DNA of 64,000 bases from Rhizomicrobium sp. (GTDB taxonomy: Bacteria; Pseudomonadota; Alphaproteobacteria; Micropepsales; Micropepsaceae): positions 533 to 64,532 of the forward strand of contig DATMPH010000026.1 in NCBI GenBank assembly GCA_035567755.1, given 5' to 3'. The position numbers and the translations under genes were made by a program. The notes under the pieces were generated by a model, which saw nothing but the letters and a program-made list of their open reading frames with translations, searched no databases and was not told the origin of the DNA. Shown here one piece after another: positions 41,860 through 55,201 of this stretch (its first letter is position 1; each line of letters starts with the position of its first letter).

Positions 41860-43518
41860 ATGGCCGGTCCGCAATACGTCTATGTGATGAAGGGCCTGTC
41901 CAAGACATGGCCGGGAGGCAAGCAGGTTCTCAAGGACATCTGGCTGAGCTTCCTGCCGGGCGCAAAGATTGGCGTGATCGGAGTCAACGGCTCCGGCAAG
42001 TCGACGCTTTTGCGAATCATGGCGGGCACCGATCCGGAATTCACCGGCGAAGCGTGGGCCGCCGAAGGCATTCGCGTTGGACACCTCGCGCAGGAACCCG
42101 AGCTTGATCCTTCAAAGGACGTCCTCGGGAACGTCATGGCGGGCGTGGCCGACAAGAAGGGGCTCGTGGACCGGTACAACGAAATTGCTGCCAATTATTC
42201 CGACGAGACGGCCGACGAGATGTCGTCGCTGCAGGACAAGATCGAAGCGCAGGGATTGTGGGATCTCGATTCCCAGATCGAGATGGCGATGGATTCGCTG
42301 CGCTGTCCGGATCCCAGCGCCGATGTGACAACGCTTTCGGGCGGCGAGAAGCGGCGGGTCGCCCTGTGCCGGCTTCTTCTCGAAGCTCCGGATATTCTGT
42401 TGCTTGACGAGCCAACCAATCATCTCGACGCCGAATCCGTCGCGTGGCTCGAACGCACGCTGCACGAGTTCAAAGGAACTGTCGTTCTGGTCACGCATGA
42501 CCGCTACTTTCTCGACAACATAACAGGCTGGATACTCGAACTCGACCGTGGCCGCGGCATCCCGCACCAGGGCAACTACACGTCCTTCCTCGAGATGCAG
42601 GACAAACGCCTTCTTGCGGAGGGTCAGGGCGAAGAAGCACGCGAGCGCACGCTGGCGCGCGAGCGCGAGTGGATCAAGGCAAGCCCTCGCGCCCGCCAGG
42701 CAAAATCGAAAGCCCGCATCCGCGCTTATGAAGAGCTTCTGGCCAAGGCGCAGGACAACCGCTCCGGTGTCGCGCAGATCGTCATTCCTGCGGGGCCGCG
42801 ACTCGGTTCGCTCGTCGTCGAAGCGTCGCAGCTTGGAAAAGCGTATGGCGACCGGCTGCTGTTCGAGAATCTCGAATTCCAGCTGCCGCCCGGCGGAATT
42901 GTCGGCGTGATCGGACCCAATGGAGCGGGCAAGACGACGCTCTTCCGGATTCTGACGGGCGCCGAAACACCCGATCAAGGCACGCTGCGGATCGGCGATA
43001 CGGTCGTGATGGGCTATGTCGACCAGTCCCGGGATGCGCTCGATGCAAAAAAAACCGTGTGGGAAGAGATTTCAGGTGGGCTCGATGTCATCGAGCTCGG
43101 CAAGCGAAGCGTGCAGAGCCGCGCCTATGTGGGCGCCTTCAACTTCAAGGGGGGCGATCAGCAGAAAAAAGTTGGCAATATCTCGGGCGGAGAAAGAAAC
43201 CGCGTGCATCTGGCGAAGATGTTGAAGTCCGGCGCCAATCTCCTGCTTCTGGACGAGCCCACCAACGACCTCGATGTGGATACCTTGCGTGCGCTTGAGG
43301 CCGCACTGGAAGATTTCGCCGGCTGCGCGATGATCATCAGTCACGATCGCTGGTTTCTCGACCGGGTCGCGACGCATATGCTTGCCTTCGAGGGCGACAG
43401 CCACGCGGAATGGTTCGAGGGTAACTTCCAGGACTACGAAGCAGACAAGAAGCGCCGCCTCGGCATCGAAGCCGAGCAGCCTCACCGCATCAAATACAAG
43501 CGCTTTGCGAGGGCATGA
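41860..43518 (+). CDS. ettA: energy-dependent translational throttle ABC-F protein
   Basis: Two ABC domains (GVNGSGKST, GPNGAGKTT), LDEPTNHLDAESVAWLE, PKA-type linker RARQAKSKARI. Confidence 0.95.
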   Translation: MAGPQYVYVMKGLSKTWPGGKQVLKDIWLSFLPGAKIGVIGVNGSGKSTLLRIMAGTDPEFTGEAWAAEGIRVGHLAQEPELDPSKDVLGNVMAGVADKKGLVDRYNEIAANYSDETADEMSSLQDKIEAQGLWDLDSQIEMAMDSLRCPDPSADVTTLSGGEKRRVALCRLLLEAPDILLLDEPTNHLDAESVAWLERTLHEFKGTVVLVTHDRYFLDNITGWILELDRGRGIPHQGNYTSFLEMQDKRLLAEGQGEEARERTLAREREWIKASPRARQAKSKARIRAYEELLAKAQDNRSGVAQIVIPAGPRLGSLVVEASQLGKAYGDRLLFENLEFQLPPGGIVGVIGPNGAGKTTLFRILTGAETPDQGTLRIGDTVVMGYVDQSRDALDAKKTVWEEISGGLDVIELGKRSVQSRAYVGAFNFKGGDQQKKVGNISGGERNRVHLAKMLKSGANLLLLDEPTNDLDVDTLRALEAALEDFAGCAMIISHDRWFLDRVATHMLAFEGDSHAEWFEGNFQDYEADKKRRLGIEAEQPHRIKYKRFARA

Positions 43519-43529
43519 TTCCTTGCGGA

Positions 43530-44219
43530 TCAGTGAGTCGGCGTGCTCGGGCCGCCGCCGCGCAACCGGTTCGTCAGCATGTTCAGATGCGTGGTCAAGC
43601 CGTCCAGGTTGCCGTTGTTTTCCTCCAGGAAAGCGGTGAACTGGTCGCGTTCCTCGAGCGCAAGCCACACTCCGACTATGCTCGCATCAATGACGATGAA
43701 ACGCCCATTTGAGGAATCGACGCGAAAATCAACCTCAATAGGTTCGCCCTGCGCTTCCGTGCGTCCTGTCGGATCGACCAGCGTGGTCGTTACGATATAC
43801 TCGTTTGGCCCATGCGCTGTGGAACCCGTCACGCGCAGCGTCTGTCCTGCATAGGCCTTAAGCCGGGATTCGTAGACGGCCACGGCGTAGTTGCGGAAAG
43901 CATCGACGAACGCGTCGATTTGCGCCGGCGTCGCGCTTCTTCGTGCCGGTCCGAGTGTGAACAGGGCAATCCGGGGAAGGTCAGTGAGCCCGGTGAGAAA
44001 ATTGCGGAACTCGGTGCGGCGCTGGGCGTCCGGGATGCTGCGATTGTTGAGGATGGTCAGTCCCTTTTGCACGTTTTCGCGAACGTAATTTTCTGCCGCC
44101 GTTTGGGCGTGCGCCGTCTCGGTCAATGAGAACAGCACCGCGCCGAATGCGATCAGCCACGCCGCGGCGATGGCGCCGAAATGCCGGGTAGAACTGCGCG
44201 CAGTCGACGTGGGAGTCAT
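43530..44219 (-). CDS. mlaC: MlaC/Ttg2D phospholipid-binding protein
   Basis: Signal peptide, DLPRIALFTLG, VDFRV, IDASIVGV, RDQF. Confidence 0.8.
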   Translation of the reverse strand: MTPTSTARSSTRHFGAIAAAWLIAFGAVLFSLTETAHAQTAAENYVRENVQKGLTILNNRSIPDAQRRTEFRNFLTGLTDLPRIALFTLGPARRSATPAQIDAFVDAFRNYAVAVYESRLKAYAGQTLRVTGSTAHGPNEYIVTTTLVDPTGRTEAQGEPIEVDFRVDSSNGRFIVIDASIVGVWLALEERDQFTAFLEENNGNLDGLTTHLNMLTNRLRGGGPSTPTH

Positions 44220-44520
44220 GAACAAGATCCTTGAGCTGTTGGCGTTAATGCAGATCGTCTTGGCTGTATATGGCAAGTTCGTGGCCGTCTATCACCCGCA
44301 TTGAACGCATGTCTTCCGGCGTGGATTGTCCCACGGCCCTGGGCTGCGCAGATGACCGGCAATTAGAACGCGCCCGGACGTGGTTCGTCCCATCGCCTTT
44401 CTCAAGGCTCGACTTCCCCGGTCGCATCTGTCCGCCTAGCTGATTGAATTCCTTGTGTTTTCGAAATCCCAATGCGGACGCTCGAGCTCTCAGAAGGCGG
44501 CGGAGGAATATTGCATAAGC

Positions 44521-44542
44521 ACATAAAGATATGTTTATATGT
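44521..44542 (+). promoter_or_regulatory. palindromic operator ATAAAGATATGTTTAT (SahR-like) overlapping the sahR-metF-metH promoter
   Basis: AT-rich near-perfect palindrome immediately upstream of the RBS of an ArsR-methyltransferase regulator. Confidence 0.65.
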
Positions 44543-44560
44543 TTGAAGGAGAGTTCCAAT

Positions 44561-45556
44561 ATGGACGAGCTTCTGACCATGCTTCGGGCGGCAGGCGACC
44601 CGAGCCGGCTGCGTATCCTTCTGCTGCTGCGCGAAGCGGAGCTCACGGTTTCCGAGCTGACGCAGATCCTGGGCCAGAGCCAGCCGCGCGTTTCGCGCCA
44701 TCTGAAACTGCTGTGCGATGCGAGCCTGCTGCAGCGATTCAAGGAGGGCAGCTGGGTTTTCTATCGGTCTGCCGAGCGCGGCGACCCCGCCCAATTTGCG
44801 GACATGATGGCGGCACTGTCTTCGGGAGATGGCGAGGCGTTCGAAGCGGATCGTCGCAGACTCGCCGCCGTGCGTCAGGCCAGGGAAGCAGCGGCTGCTG
44901 CCTTCTTCAGGGCGAACGCAGCGGATTGGCAGCGCGTCCGCTCGCTGCATGCGCCGGAGCAGGAAGTTGAAGCTGCCATTCTCCGGCTGATGGATAAATT
45001 GCCGCGAGTCGAGGTTCTGGACGCGGGAACCGGCACGGGCCGCATGCTCGAGCTCCTCGCGTCCCGCATCGGCCGTGGAACCGGTATTGATGCAAGCCCC
45101 GACATGCTCGCTATCGCACGCGACCGTCTCGAGCGCGCAGGAATCCAGCATTGCCAGGTCCGCCTGGCGGACATCCGGCATCTTCCATTTTCTGCAGGCA
45201 GCGCGACGCAGGGGTTCGATGTCGCGATATTCCATCAGGTGCTGCACTATCTGGAGGATCCCCAGGCTGCTGTTGTCGAAGCGGCGCGCGTGCTGAAGCC
45301 GCAGGGGAAAGTCTTGATTGTCGATTTTGCGCCGCACGAGCTCGAGTTCTGCCGCAGCGAGCTTGCGCATCGCCGGCTCGGCTTCGCCGACGAGGAGGTG
45401 CGGAGCTGGTTCGTAGCCGCGGGTCTCAAACCGCTCGCCGCGGAATCCATCGATGCCGACCCGGCGCGAGGCCGCGGCGAAAATCTCACTGTCAAACTTT
45501 GGCTCGGTGCGATGGCTGCTTTGCCTGTCGGCAAGCGCGCCAGGGAGGCCGCATGA
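44561..45556 (+). CDS. sahR: ArsR-family regulator with SAM-methyltransferase domain (SahR-like)
   Basis: RLRILLLL, SQPRVSRHLKLL, EGSWVFY; LDAGTGTG, HQVLHY, IVDFAPH; heads metF-metH. Confidence 0.8.
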   Translation: MDELLTMLRAAGDPSRLRILLLLREAELTVSELTQILGQSQPRVSRHLKLLCDASLLQRFKEGSWVFYRSAERGDPAQFADMMAALSSGDGEAFEADRRRLAAVRQAREAAAAAFFRANAADWQRVRSLHAPEQEVEAAILRLMDKLPRVEVLDAGTGTGRMLELLASRIGRGTGIDASPDMLAIARDRLERAGIQHCQVRLADIRHLPFSAGSATQGFDVAIFHQVLHYLEDPQAAVVEAARVLKPQGKVLIVDFAPHELEFCRSELAHRRLGFADEEVRSWFVAAGLKPLAAESIDADPARGRGENLTVKLWLGAMAALPVGKRAREAA

Positions 45557-46448
45557 GCATCAAGCGGCTGTCTGCGGACCCGTCCCCGCTCAAGGTTTCA
45601 TTCGAATTCTTCCCGCCGAAGACCGCCGCGATGGAAGAGCAGCTCTGGCACGCTATTCGCCGGCTCGAGCCGCTTGCACCTGCATTCGTGTCCGTCACCT
45701 ATGGCGCAGGCGGTTCCACCCGCGACCGCACGCACGCCACCGTCAAGCGCATCGTCGAAGAAACAGGGCTCGCGCCGGCCGCCCATCTCACCTGCGTCGC
45801 CGCAACCTGCGAAGAGGTTGACGACGTCGTGCGGCAATACTGGCAAGCCGGAGTGCGCCACATCGTGGCACTTCGCGGTGACATGCCGGATTTGAGTTCA
45901 CCCTACACTGCGCACCCGCGCGGTTATGGTTCAACGCCGGATCTTGTTGCAGCGATAGGCCGCATCGCGCCTTTTGAAATCAGCGTCGGCACCTATCCCG
46001 AGCGCCATCCCGATTCGCGCGCGCTGGATGACGATATCGATCTGCTCAAGGCCAAGGTCGAGGCTGGAGCCGTGCGCGCAATCGGGCAATTCTCCTTCGA
46101 CATAGCGGCCATCGTGCGCTTCCGGGATCGGGCATGCGCGAGGGGCGTTACCGTTCCGCTGGTACCGGGGCTGATGCCGAGCACGAATTTCACGGGCGTC
46201 ATGCGCATGGCGGCGCGATGCGGATCCGCAATTCCCGATTGGCTTGCGCAACTCTATGACGGTCTGGATGACGATCCTGAAAGCCGCAAGGCGATCGCGG
46301 CAGCAGTGCTTGCCGAGCAGGTCGAACAACTCCGCCGGGAGGGATTCGAACAGTTTCATTTCTACACGCTGAATCAGGCGAACCTCACCTATGCCGCCTG
46401 CCGTCTGCTTGGGATCAAGGAGCAGCAAGCGACCCGGGAGTGCGCAGC

Positions 46449-46452
<4 letters not shown>
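45553..46452 (+). CDS. metF: methylenetetrahydrofolate reductase
   Basis: [34 protein letters not shown]. Confidence 0.95.
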
Positions 46453-50162
<3,710 letters not shown>

Positions 50163-50198
50163 CATCGGGAATCGCAGAAACGTGTTGCGTGCCGTCAG

Positions 50199-50257
50199 CC
50201 TCATGGTTCGACAAGCTCATCATGAGGGCCCCATCCTGAGCCCGTCGAAGGTCGAGG
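50199..50257. repeat. REP-like palindrome (TTCGACAAGCTCA...TGAGCCCGTCGAA family)
   Basis: Nested inverted repeats CCTCATG/CATGAGG and TTCGAC..GCTCA/TGAGC..GTCGAA just after the metH stop. Confidence 0.6.
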
Positions 50258-50439
50258 CCGACTCAGGTCTCGGTGATACCGGGTAGCAACCCCGAAAGCT
50301 TGATGCATCCCAAAGATAGCAGTGAGACGGCCAGCGTTGGCGCGATGTCGGATTGGAGCTGACAGGCGGCGGCTGACAGACAACGTTCGATGGGCGCGCT
50401 TAGATCGAACTCCGCGATGGGCCCGGAAAGGAACTGATC

Positions 50440-50904
50440 ATGCGCACCACGATAATGGCGTTGGCCATTGCAGCAACTGTCGCACCACTGGTTGGAACGC
50501 CGGCTCTCGCATCTGACAAGGCGGATGTGCTGGCGAGCGTGAAAAAACTGGCCGATAGCCAGAACAAGGGAGACATGAAGGCTTTCACGGCGTCGTGCGC
50601 TCCCCAGGCAGTCATCGTGGACGAATTTGAACCTTTTGTCTGGCAGGGAGCGACGGCGTGTTCCGACTGGTGGAATGCCAATGACGCCAACAACAAGCAG
50701 ATCGGCTCGACCAATGGGGTCCTCACATATGGCAAGCCGTGGCACCTCACTGTGACCGGAGATCGCGCCCATGTCGTGCTTCCGGCAAAATTCACCGACA
50801 AGGAAAAGGAAAAGAGAGTCGTCGAATCCGCCGTCTGGACCGTGACTTTGCAAAAGGGCGCTGCCGGCTGGAACATGACCGAATCGACATGGGCGCAACA
50901 CTAG
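50440..50904 (+). CDS. exported NTF2/SnoaL-fold protein
   Basis: Signal peptide; IVDEFEPFVWQG, VTGDRAHVVLP, WTVTLQK. Confidence 0.6.
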   Translation: MRTTIMALAIAATVAPLVGTPALASDKADVLASVKKLADSQNKGDMKAFTASCAPQAVIVDEFEPFVWQGATACSDWWNANDANNKQIGSTNGVLTYGKPWHLTVTGDRAHVVLPAKFTDKEKEKRVVESAVWTVTLQKGAAGWNMTESTWAQH

Positions 50905-50952
50905 GTCTTTAAGCTCTCGCACAAGAGCGTCACGCGCCACGTTCTCCGCTCG

Positions 50953-51453
50953 TCATCTCGCTCGTGCCGGCGCTTTGATCTTGACGACAAGATAGATGAG
51001 CTGGGCGCCGTCGATGGCGCTGACCCAGTGCGGAATGCCGGAAGGGATGCCGATAAGGTCGCCTTTGGCGATACGCCGGGCCGTTCCCCCCGAGACACTC
51101 TGCCCGCGCAGTTCGCCGGGTTCGGTTTCGCGCGCCCCGACCAGCGAACCTCCGGTGACGAGAGTTCCGCCGCCATCGATCACATACCAGACATCGGAGA
51201 CGTTCCGGTGAACCTCGGCGCTGCCCGCGCGCGTGCGGCGAATGACGGTCGCGGAATAGCCAGGCGCGCTGAGGTAACTCTTCAACGCGATGGCGCGATC
51301 CCGATCGGGCGCCTTCGCGATATCGGAAAGAACCGCCTTCGCAGGCACGAATGTCACGCTTGATTCATTTGGCGCGGCGCAAATAGGCAGAGCGGCCGCT
51401 CCACAAATTGCGAACGCCAGCACAAGCCGAAGAGTCGCTTGATTCGGTCTCAT
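50953..51453 (-). CDS. exported cupin-domain protein
   Basis: Signal peptide; AEVH..VSDVWYVIDG and GDLIGIPSGIPHW cupin motifs. Confidence 0.7.
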   Translation of the reverse strand: MRPNQATLRLVLAFAICGAAALPICAAPNESSVTFVPAKAVLSDIAKAPDRDRAIALKSYLSAPGYSATVIRRTRAGSAEVHRNVSDVWYVIDGGGTLVTGGSLVGARETEPGELRGQSVSGGTARRIAKGDLIGIPSGIPHWVSAIDGAQLIYLVVKIKAPARAR

Positions 51454-51518
51454 GTGTGTTTGTCCTTTCCATCAGGTATTCTGTACATAGTCGCGCGGCG
51501 ACAGGCAGGAGGATAGCC

Positions 51519-52178
51519 ATGGCAATCTCGGCCCGCCGGGTTATCGGCATCGCCGCCGGCGCTGCGCTCCCGCTTGGTCTGGCAATTCTGGGCTGGGGCG
51601 GGCTTCGTGCCTACTTCTCGCATCCGGCACTCACCGTACTCGCGCTTGCAGTCATCGCAGTCTCCGTGGGCGCGCTCTTCGCCGGCGGGAACATCAGCGC
51701 TGGCGTGCGCGAGGATCGCAGCAATCGCTGGGTCATCCCGGTCCTCATAGTGATCGGGCTTGTGAGCCAGTTTGTGCCGGCGTGGACGGACCGGATGAAT
51801 CTCGCGACGCTGGATGGCGATACGCTGCGCTGGTTTGGCGTCGCCCTGTTCGCGATCGGGGGTGCGCTGCGCATCTGGCCTGTCCACGTCCTCGGCTATC
51901 GATTCAGCGGCCTGGTGGCGATCCAGCCCGGCCACAGCCTGGTCACGCGCGGAATCTACGGCACGATCCGGCATCCGAGCTATCTCGGACTGCTCGTCAA
52001 CTCGGTGGGCTGGTGTCTGGCTTTCCGCTCCGGCATAGGCCTGTTGCTCACGGCCCTTCTGATCCCGCCGATTCTCGCCCGCATCGCTGCAGAGGAAAGA
52101 CTGTTGCGCGACCATTTCGGCGCCGAATACGACATCTACCGCGCGCGAACGTCGCGGTTGATCCCGGGGGTGTATTGA
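51519..52178 (+). CDS. isoprenylcysteine carboxyl methyltransferase (ICMT/PEMT) family membrane protein
   Basis: LVTRGIYGTIRHPSYLG, EERLLRDHFGAEY..YRARTSRLIP; AGGAGG RBS. Confidence 0.88.
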   Translation: MAISARRVIGIAAGAALPLGLAILGWGGLRAYFSHPALTVLALAVIAVSVGALFAGGNISAGVREDRSNRWVIPVLIVIGLVSQFVPAWTDRMNLATLDGDTLRWFGVALFAIGGALRIWPVHVLGYRFSGLVAIQPGHSLVTRGIYGTIRHPSYLGLLVNSVGWCLAFRSGIGLLLTALLIPPILARIAAEERLLRDHFGAEYDIYRARTSRLIPGVY

Positions 52179-52256
52179 GAGCAATCCGGAAATCTCTATG
52201 CCTCGTTGCGCCCATGCCATATTACATTCACGTCGGCAGCACTTGCATTTGCAATC

Positions 52257-52751
52257 ATGACGGACCCATCTCCCTCTCCACCTCCGGACGATGACGAGTC
52301 GCACGGACGGTGGCCGTTCATCCGCGACGTGCTCGTGCTGCAATTGAAATTGCTGATCGGGAACCTTCACAATTTCATTCTCATTCCCGCGACGACGATC
52401 GCTGCGGCGGTCGATCTGATTTTCAGGTCAGGCCGGCATGGCTCGCGCTTCTATCGCGTTCTGGAATGGGGCCGGCAGGCCGATGAGGCGATCGGCCTTT
52501 ATGGCGCGCTCGATCGCCGCGACCACGAGCTGAAACGCGACCTCACAGTCGATGCCCTGGTGTCGCGGCTCGAAAGCGCGATCATTCGCGAATATGAGAA
52601 GGGCGGAACTGCAGCCGGCGTGAAGAGCGCGGTCGATCGCGCGCTCGATCAGCTGCATCGCGAAGCCGGCACGGCGACTACCCAGGCACGCGAAGCGGCG
52701 CTACGTTTGAAGGATAGAATCACCACTCCGACCGGCAAGGGCGCAACGTGA
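52257..52751 (+). CDS. hypothetical protein
   Basis: Coherent ORF whose stop overlaps the GH47 GTG start. Confidence 0.55.
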   Translation: MTDPSPSPPPDDDESHGRWPFIRDVLVLQLKLLIGNLHNFILIPATTIAAAVDLIFRSGRHGSRFYRVLEWGRQADEAIGLYGALDRRDHELKRDLTVDALVSRLESAIIREYEKGGTAAGVKSAVDRALDQLHREAGTATTQAREAALRLKDRITTPTGKGAT

Positions 52752-54172
52752 CGATCCCGTCGGGCGGACCGATCAAACACATTGCGCGGCGCTCGCTGCT
52801 TCGCATGTTGGCCGGCGCGGTCTCGTTCGCGGGATTGCCCGTCGAAGCACGCACATCAGCCCAACGCGGGCACCACGCCGATTGGGCTAAGTTTGCGCAG
52901 GACGTTCGCGCGGAGATGGCCTGGGCCTGGCGCAACTATGTCGAGCTCGCCTTCGGTCACGATCAGATCAAGCCGGTCAGCGGCGGTGCGGAGGAATTCT
53001 TCCTGCCGGGAGGGCCGGCTCTCGGTCTGAGTATCGTCGAGGCGCTCGATACGCTTTATTTAATGGGCCTCGACGCGGAGCTCGAGGTGGGCGTTCGCTG
53101 GATCGAAAAAAATCTCCACTTCGATATCGACGGCGAAGTCCAGGTGTTCGAGACCAATATCCGCATGGTCGGCGGCCTTCTTTCCGGCTGGCTGGCGACG
53201 CGAAACAGGCACCTTCTCGATCTGGCGCGCGATCTCACCGATCGGCTTCTTCCCGCCTTTTCGAAATCGCCAACCGGAATTCCCTATCGATTCGTCAATC
53301 TCAGGACCGGCGCGGTGCGCGACGCAACGACGTTTCCGGCCGAGCTCGGCACCTATATTTCGGAGTTCGGCACGCTATCACGCGCAGTAGGCGACCCACG
53401 CTACTATGATGCGGCCAAGAAGGCTGCGAAAGCGTGCTTCGACCGGCGCTCGAGCATCGATCTCGTCGCCGACACGATCGATGCGGAAACGGGAAAATGG
53501 CTGAGCCGTCGCGCCACGATCGGACCGCCGTCGGACTCCTATTTCGAATATCTGTATGGCGGCTGGCGGTTGTTTGCGGATGCGGATTTCAAACGCTGGT
53601 ATGACGTCCATGCCGCCGCGATCCTGGAGCATCAGGCGGAGCGCGTCGATGGCCGGTTGTGGTTCGCGCAGGTCGACTTCGAAACCGGCGCTCGGCTCGA
53701 CCGCCACCAGAGCGAACTGGCCTCATTCTATGCCGGCCTGCTCGCCAAGGCAGGCGATCTCGGCCACGCAAGTGACTATCTCGCTTCCTGGGCGGACGTG
53801 CAGGTGCACTTCCAGGTCCTGCCCGAAGGCTTTGACTACGGCACGTTTCAGGCGACGCGCGCGAGCAACGAGCTGCGTCCGGAATTTGCCGATTCCTGCC
53901 TGGCTCTTTTCGTGCATGGCGGCGGTGAACCCTATCGGCAGCTCGCGCGCATCCACTATGAGAACATGAAGCGCACAAGCCGCGCGCGTTTCGGTTACAC
54001 CATCCTCGATAGTGTCACCGAGCACCCGATGAGGCAGGGCGATCTTTGTCCCGGTTACTGGTGGGCCGAGCAGATGAAGTACTATTGGCTGGCGTTCTCT
54101 GGCACGCCGCGCTTCGACTACCGGAACAATTATCTGTCGACGGAAGGCAAGGTGCTTGTGGGTCTTAAATGA
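52748..54172 (+). CDS. glycoside hydrolase family 47 (alpha-1,2-mannosidase-like) with Tat-like signal
   Basis: RRSLL signal; AW..Y...AFGHD, VFETNIRMVGGLLS, DSYFEYL, LRPE, AEQMKY, STEG. Confidence 0.88.
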   Translation: MTIPSGGPIKHIARRSLLRMLAGAVSFAGLPVEARTSAQRGHHADWAKFAQDVRAEMAWAWRNYVELAFGHDQIKPVSGGAEEFFLPGGPALGLSIVEALDTLYLMGLDAELEVGVRWIEKNLHFDIDGEVQVFETNIRMVGGLLSGWLATRNRHLLDLARDLTDRLLPAFSKSPTGIPYRFVNLRTGAVRDATTFPAELGTYISEFGTLSRAVGDPRYYDAAKKAAKACFDRRSSIDLVADTIDAETGKWLSRRATIGPPSDSYFEYLYGGWRLFADADFKRWYDVHAAAILEHQAERVDGRLWFAQVDFETGARLDRHQSELASFYAGLLAKAGDLGHASDYLASWADVQVHFQVLPEGFDYGTFQATRASNELRPEFADSCLALFVHGGGEPYRQLARIHYENMKRTSRARFGYTILDSVTEHPMRQGDLCPGYWWAEQMKYYWLAFSGTPRFDYRNNYLSTEGKVLVGLK

Positions 54173-54216
54173 TGCGCTTGAGGGCCATCCAGGTTTCATA
54201 TTTGGTCGCGCTAACC

Positions 54217-54356
54217 TTTCCTCCCCCATCGTGGGGGAGGTGCCGAGCGGAGCGAGGCGGAGGAGGACGTGGCTCGCGCGGCGCGCGTTCAGACTTCCCC
54301 CTCCGGTTTGCTCCGCTTCGCTCCGCAAACCACCTCCCCCACGATGGGGGAGGAAA
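54217..54356. repeat. 140-bp palindromic intergenic element (CIR/REP-like) with TTTCCTCCCCCATCGTGGGGGAGGT arms
   Basis: Left arm 54217-54241 is the exact reverse complement of the right arm ending at 54356. Confidence 0.85.
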
Positions 54357-54414
54357 ATAAGAGCGAGATTTCACGTCGGCCTGACTGACCCAGAACAGGT
54401 TCGAAGGAGACAGC

Positions 54415-55029
54415 ATGCTCGAACAGCTGAAGGCCAACAACCGCGACTGGGCGGCGCGGAAAGTCGCGACCGATGCCGAATTCTTCCACCGGCTCGAACG
54501 CCAGCAGGCGCCGGAATATCTGTGGATCGGCTGTTCCGACAGCCGCGTGCCCGCCAACGAGATCGTAGGTCTGGATCCGGGCGAGTTGTTCGTTCACCGC
54601 AACGTCGCCAATCTCGCGCCGCCCCAGGATTCGAACTATCTATCGGTGCTGCAATTCGCCGTCGACGTGTTGAAGGTCAAGCATATTCTCGTGGTCGGGC
54701 ATTACGGGTGCGGCGGCGTCGGCGCAGCGGTCGATGGCAGGCGGCGCGGGCTTGTGGATCATTGGCTTCACCCGATTCGCGAAACCTTTGATCAGCACCG
54801 GCAGGAACTTGACGCCATCCTCGACGAACCCGAACGCCTGAATCGTCTCTGCGAACTGAACGTCATGCGGCAGGTTAAAAACGTTGCAACCGACGTGTTC
54901 GTGCGGGACGCCTGGACACGCGGACAGAATCTGAGCGTTCACGGCTGGGTTTATTCTCTGAGCAACGGACTGGTGAAGGATCTCGACGTGACGATCAGCA
55001 ATCCGCTCGAAGCCGAACGGCTGGGCTGA
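54415..55029 (+). CDS. can: beta-class carbonic anhydrase
   Basis: WIGCSDSRVP, FVHRNVAN, GHYGCGG. Confidence 0.93.
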   Translation: MLEQLKANNRDWAARKVATDAEFFHRLERQQAPEYLWIGCSDSRVPANEIVGLDPGELFVHRNVANLAPPQDSNYLSVLQFAVDVLKVKHILVVGHYGCGGVGAAVDGRRRGLVDHWLHPIRETFDQHRQELDAILDEPERLNRLCELNVMRQVKNVATDVFVRDAWTRGQNLSVHGWVYSLSNGLVKDLDVTISNPLEAERLG

Positions 55030-55052
55030 TGCGTGCTCTCGACGGCGAGAAA

Positions 55053-55190
55053 AAGCTTCTAACGCGGAGGACGCAAAGGTTGCGCAGTGTACGCTGAGTT
55101 TTTTTGCGCGCGTCGCGCGCCGTAAGATCCTCTGCGTTCCCCCGCGCATCCACCGCGACCACTGCGTTAAAATCTTTCGGCGTCGCGCGC
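55053..55190. repeat. REP/MITE-like element copy A (AACGCRGAGGACGC arms, central GCGCGC hairpin)
   Basis: Self-palindromic; matches the reverse complement of 58786-58922. Confidence 0.85.
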
Positions 55191-55201
55191 AGAACAGAAC
55201 G

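Noticed and set aside
44277-44560. SAM-II, SAM-SAH or cobalamin riboswitch upstream of the met genes
   Set aside because: No recognisable consensus; a palindromic operator explains the regulation.
45151-45552. N-terminal extension of MetF
   Set aside because: It overlaps sahR in another frame; the ATG at 45553 has a GGAGG RBS and a standard 4-nt overlap.
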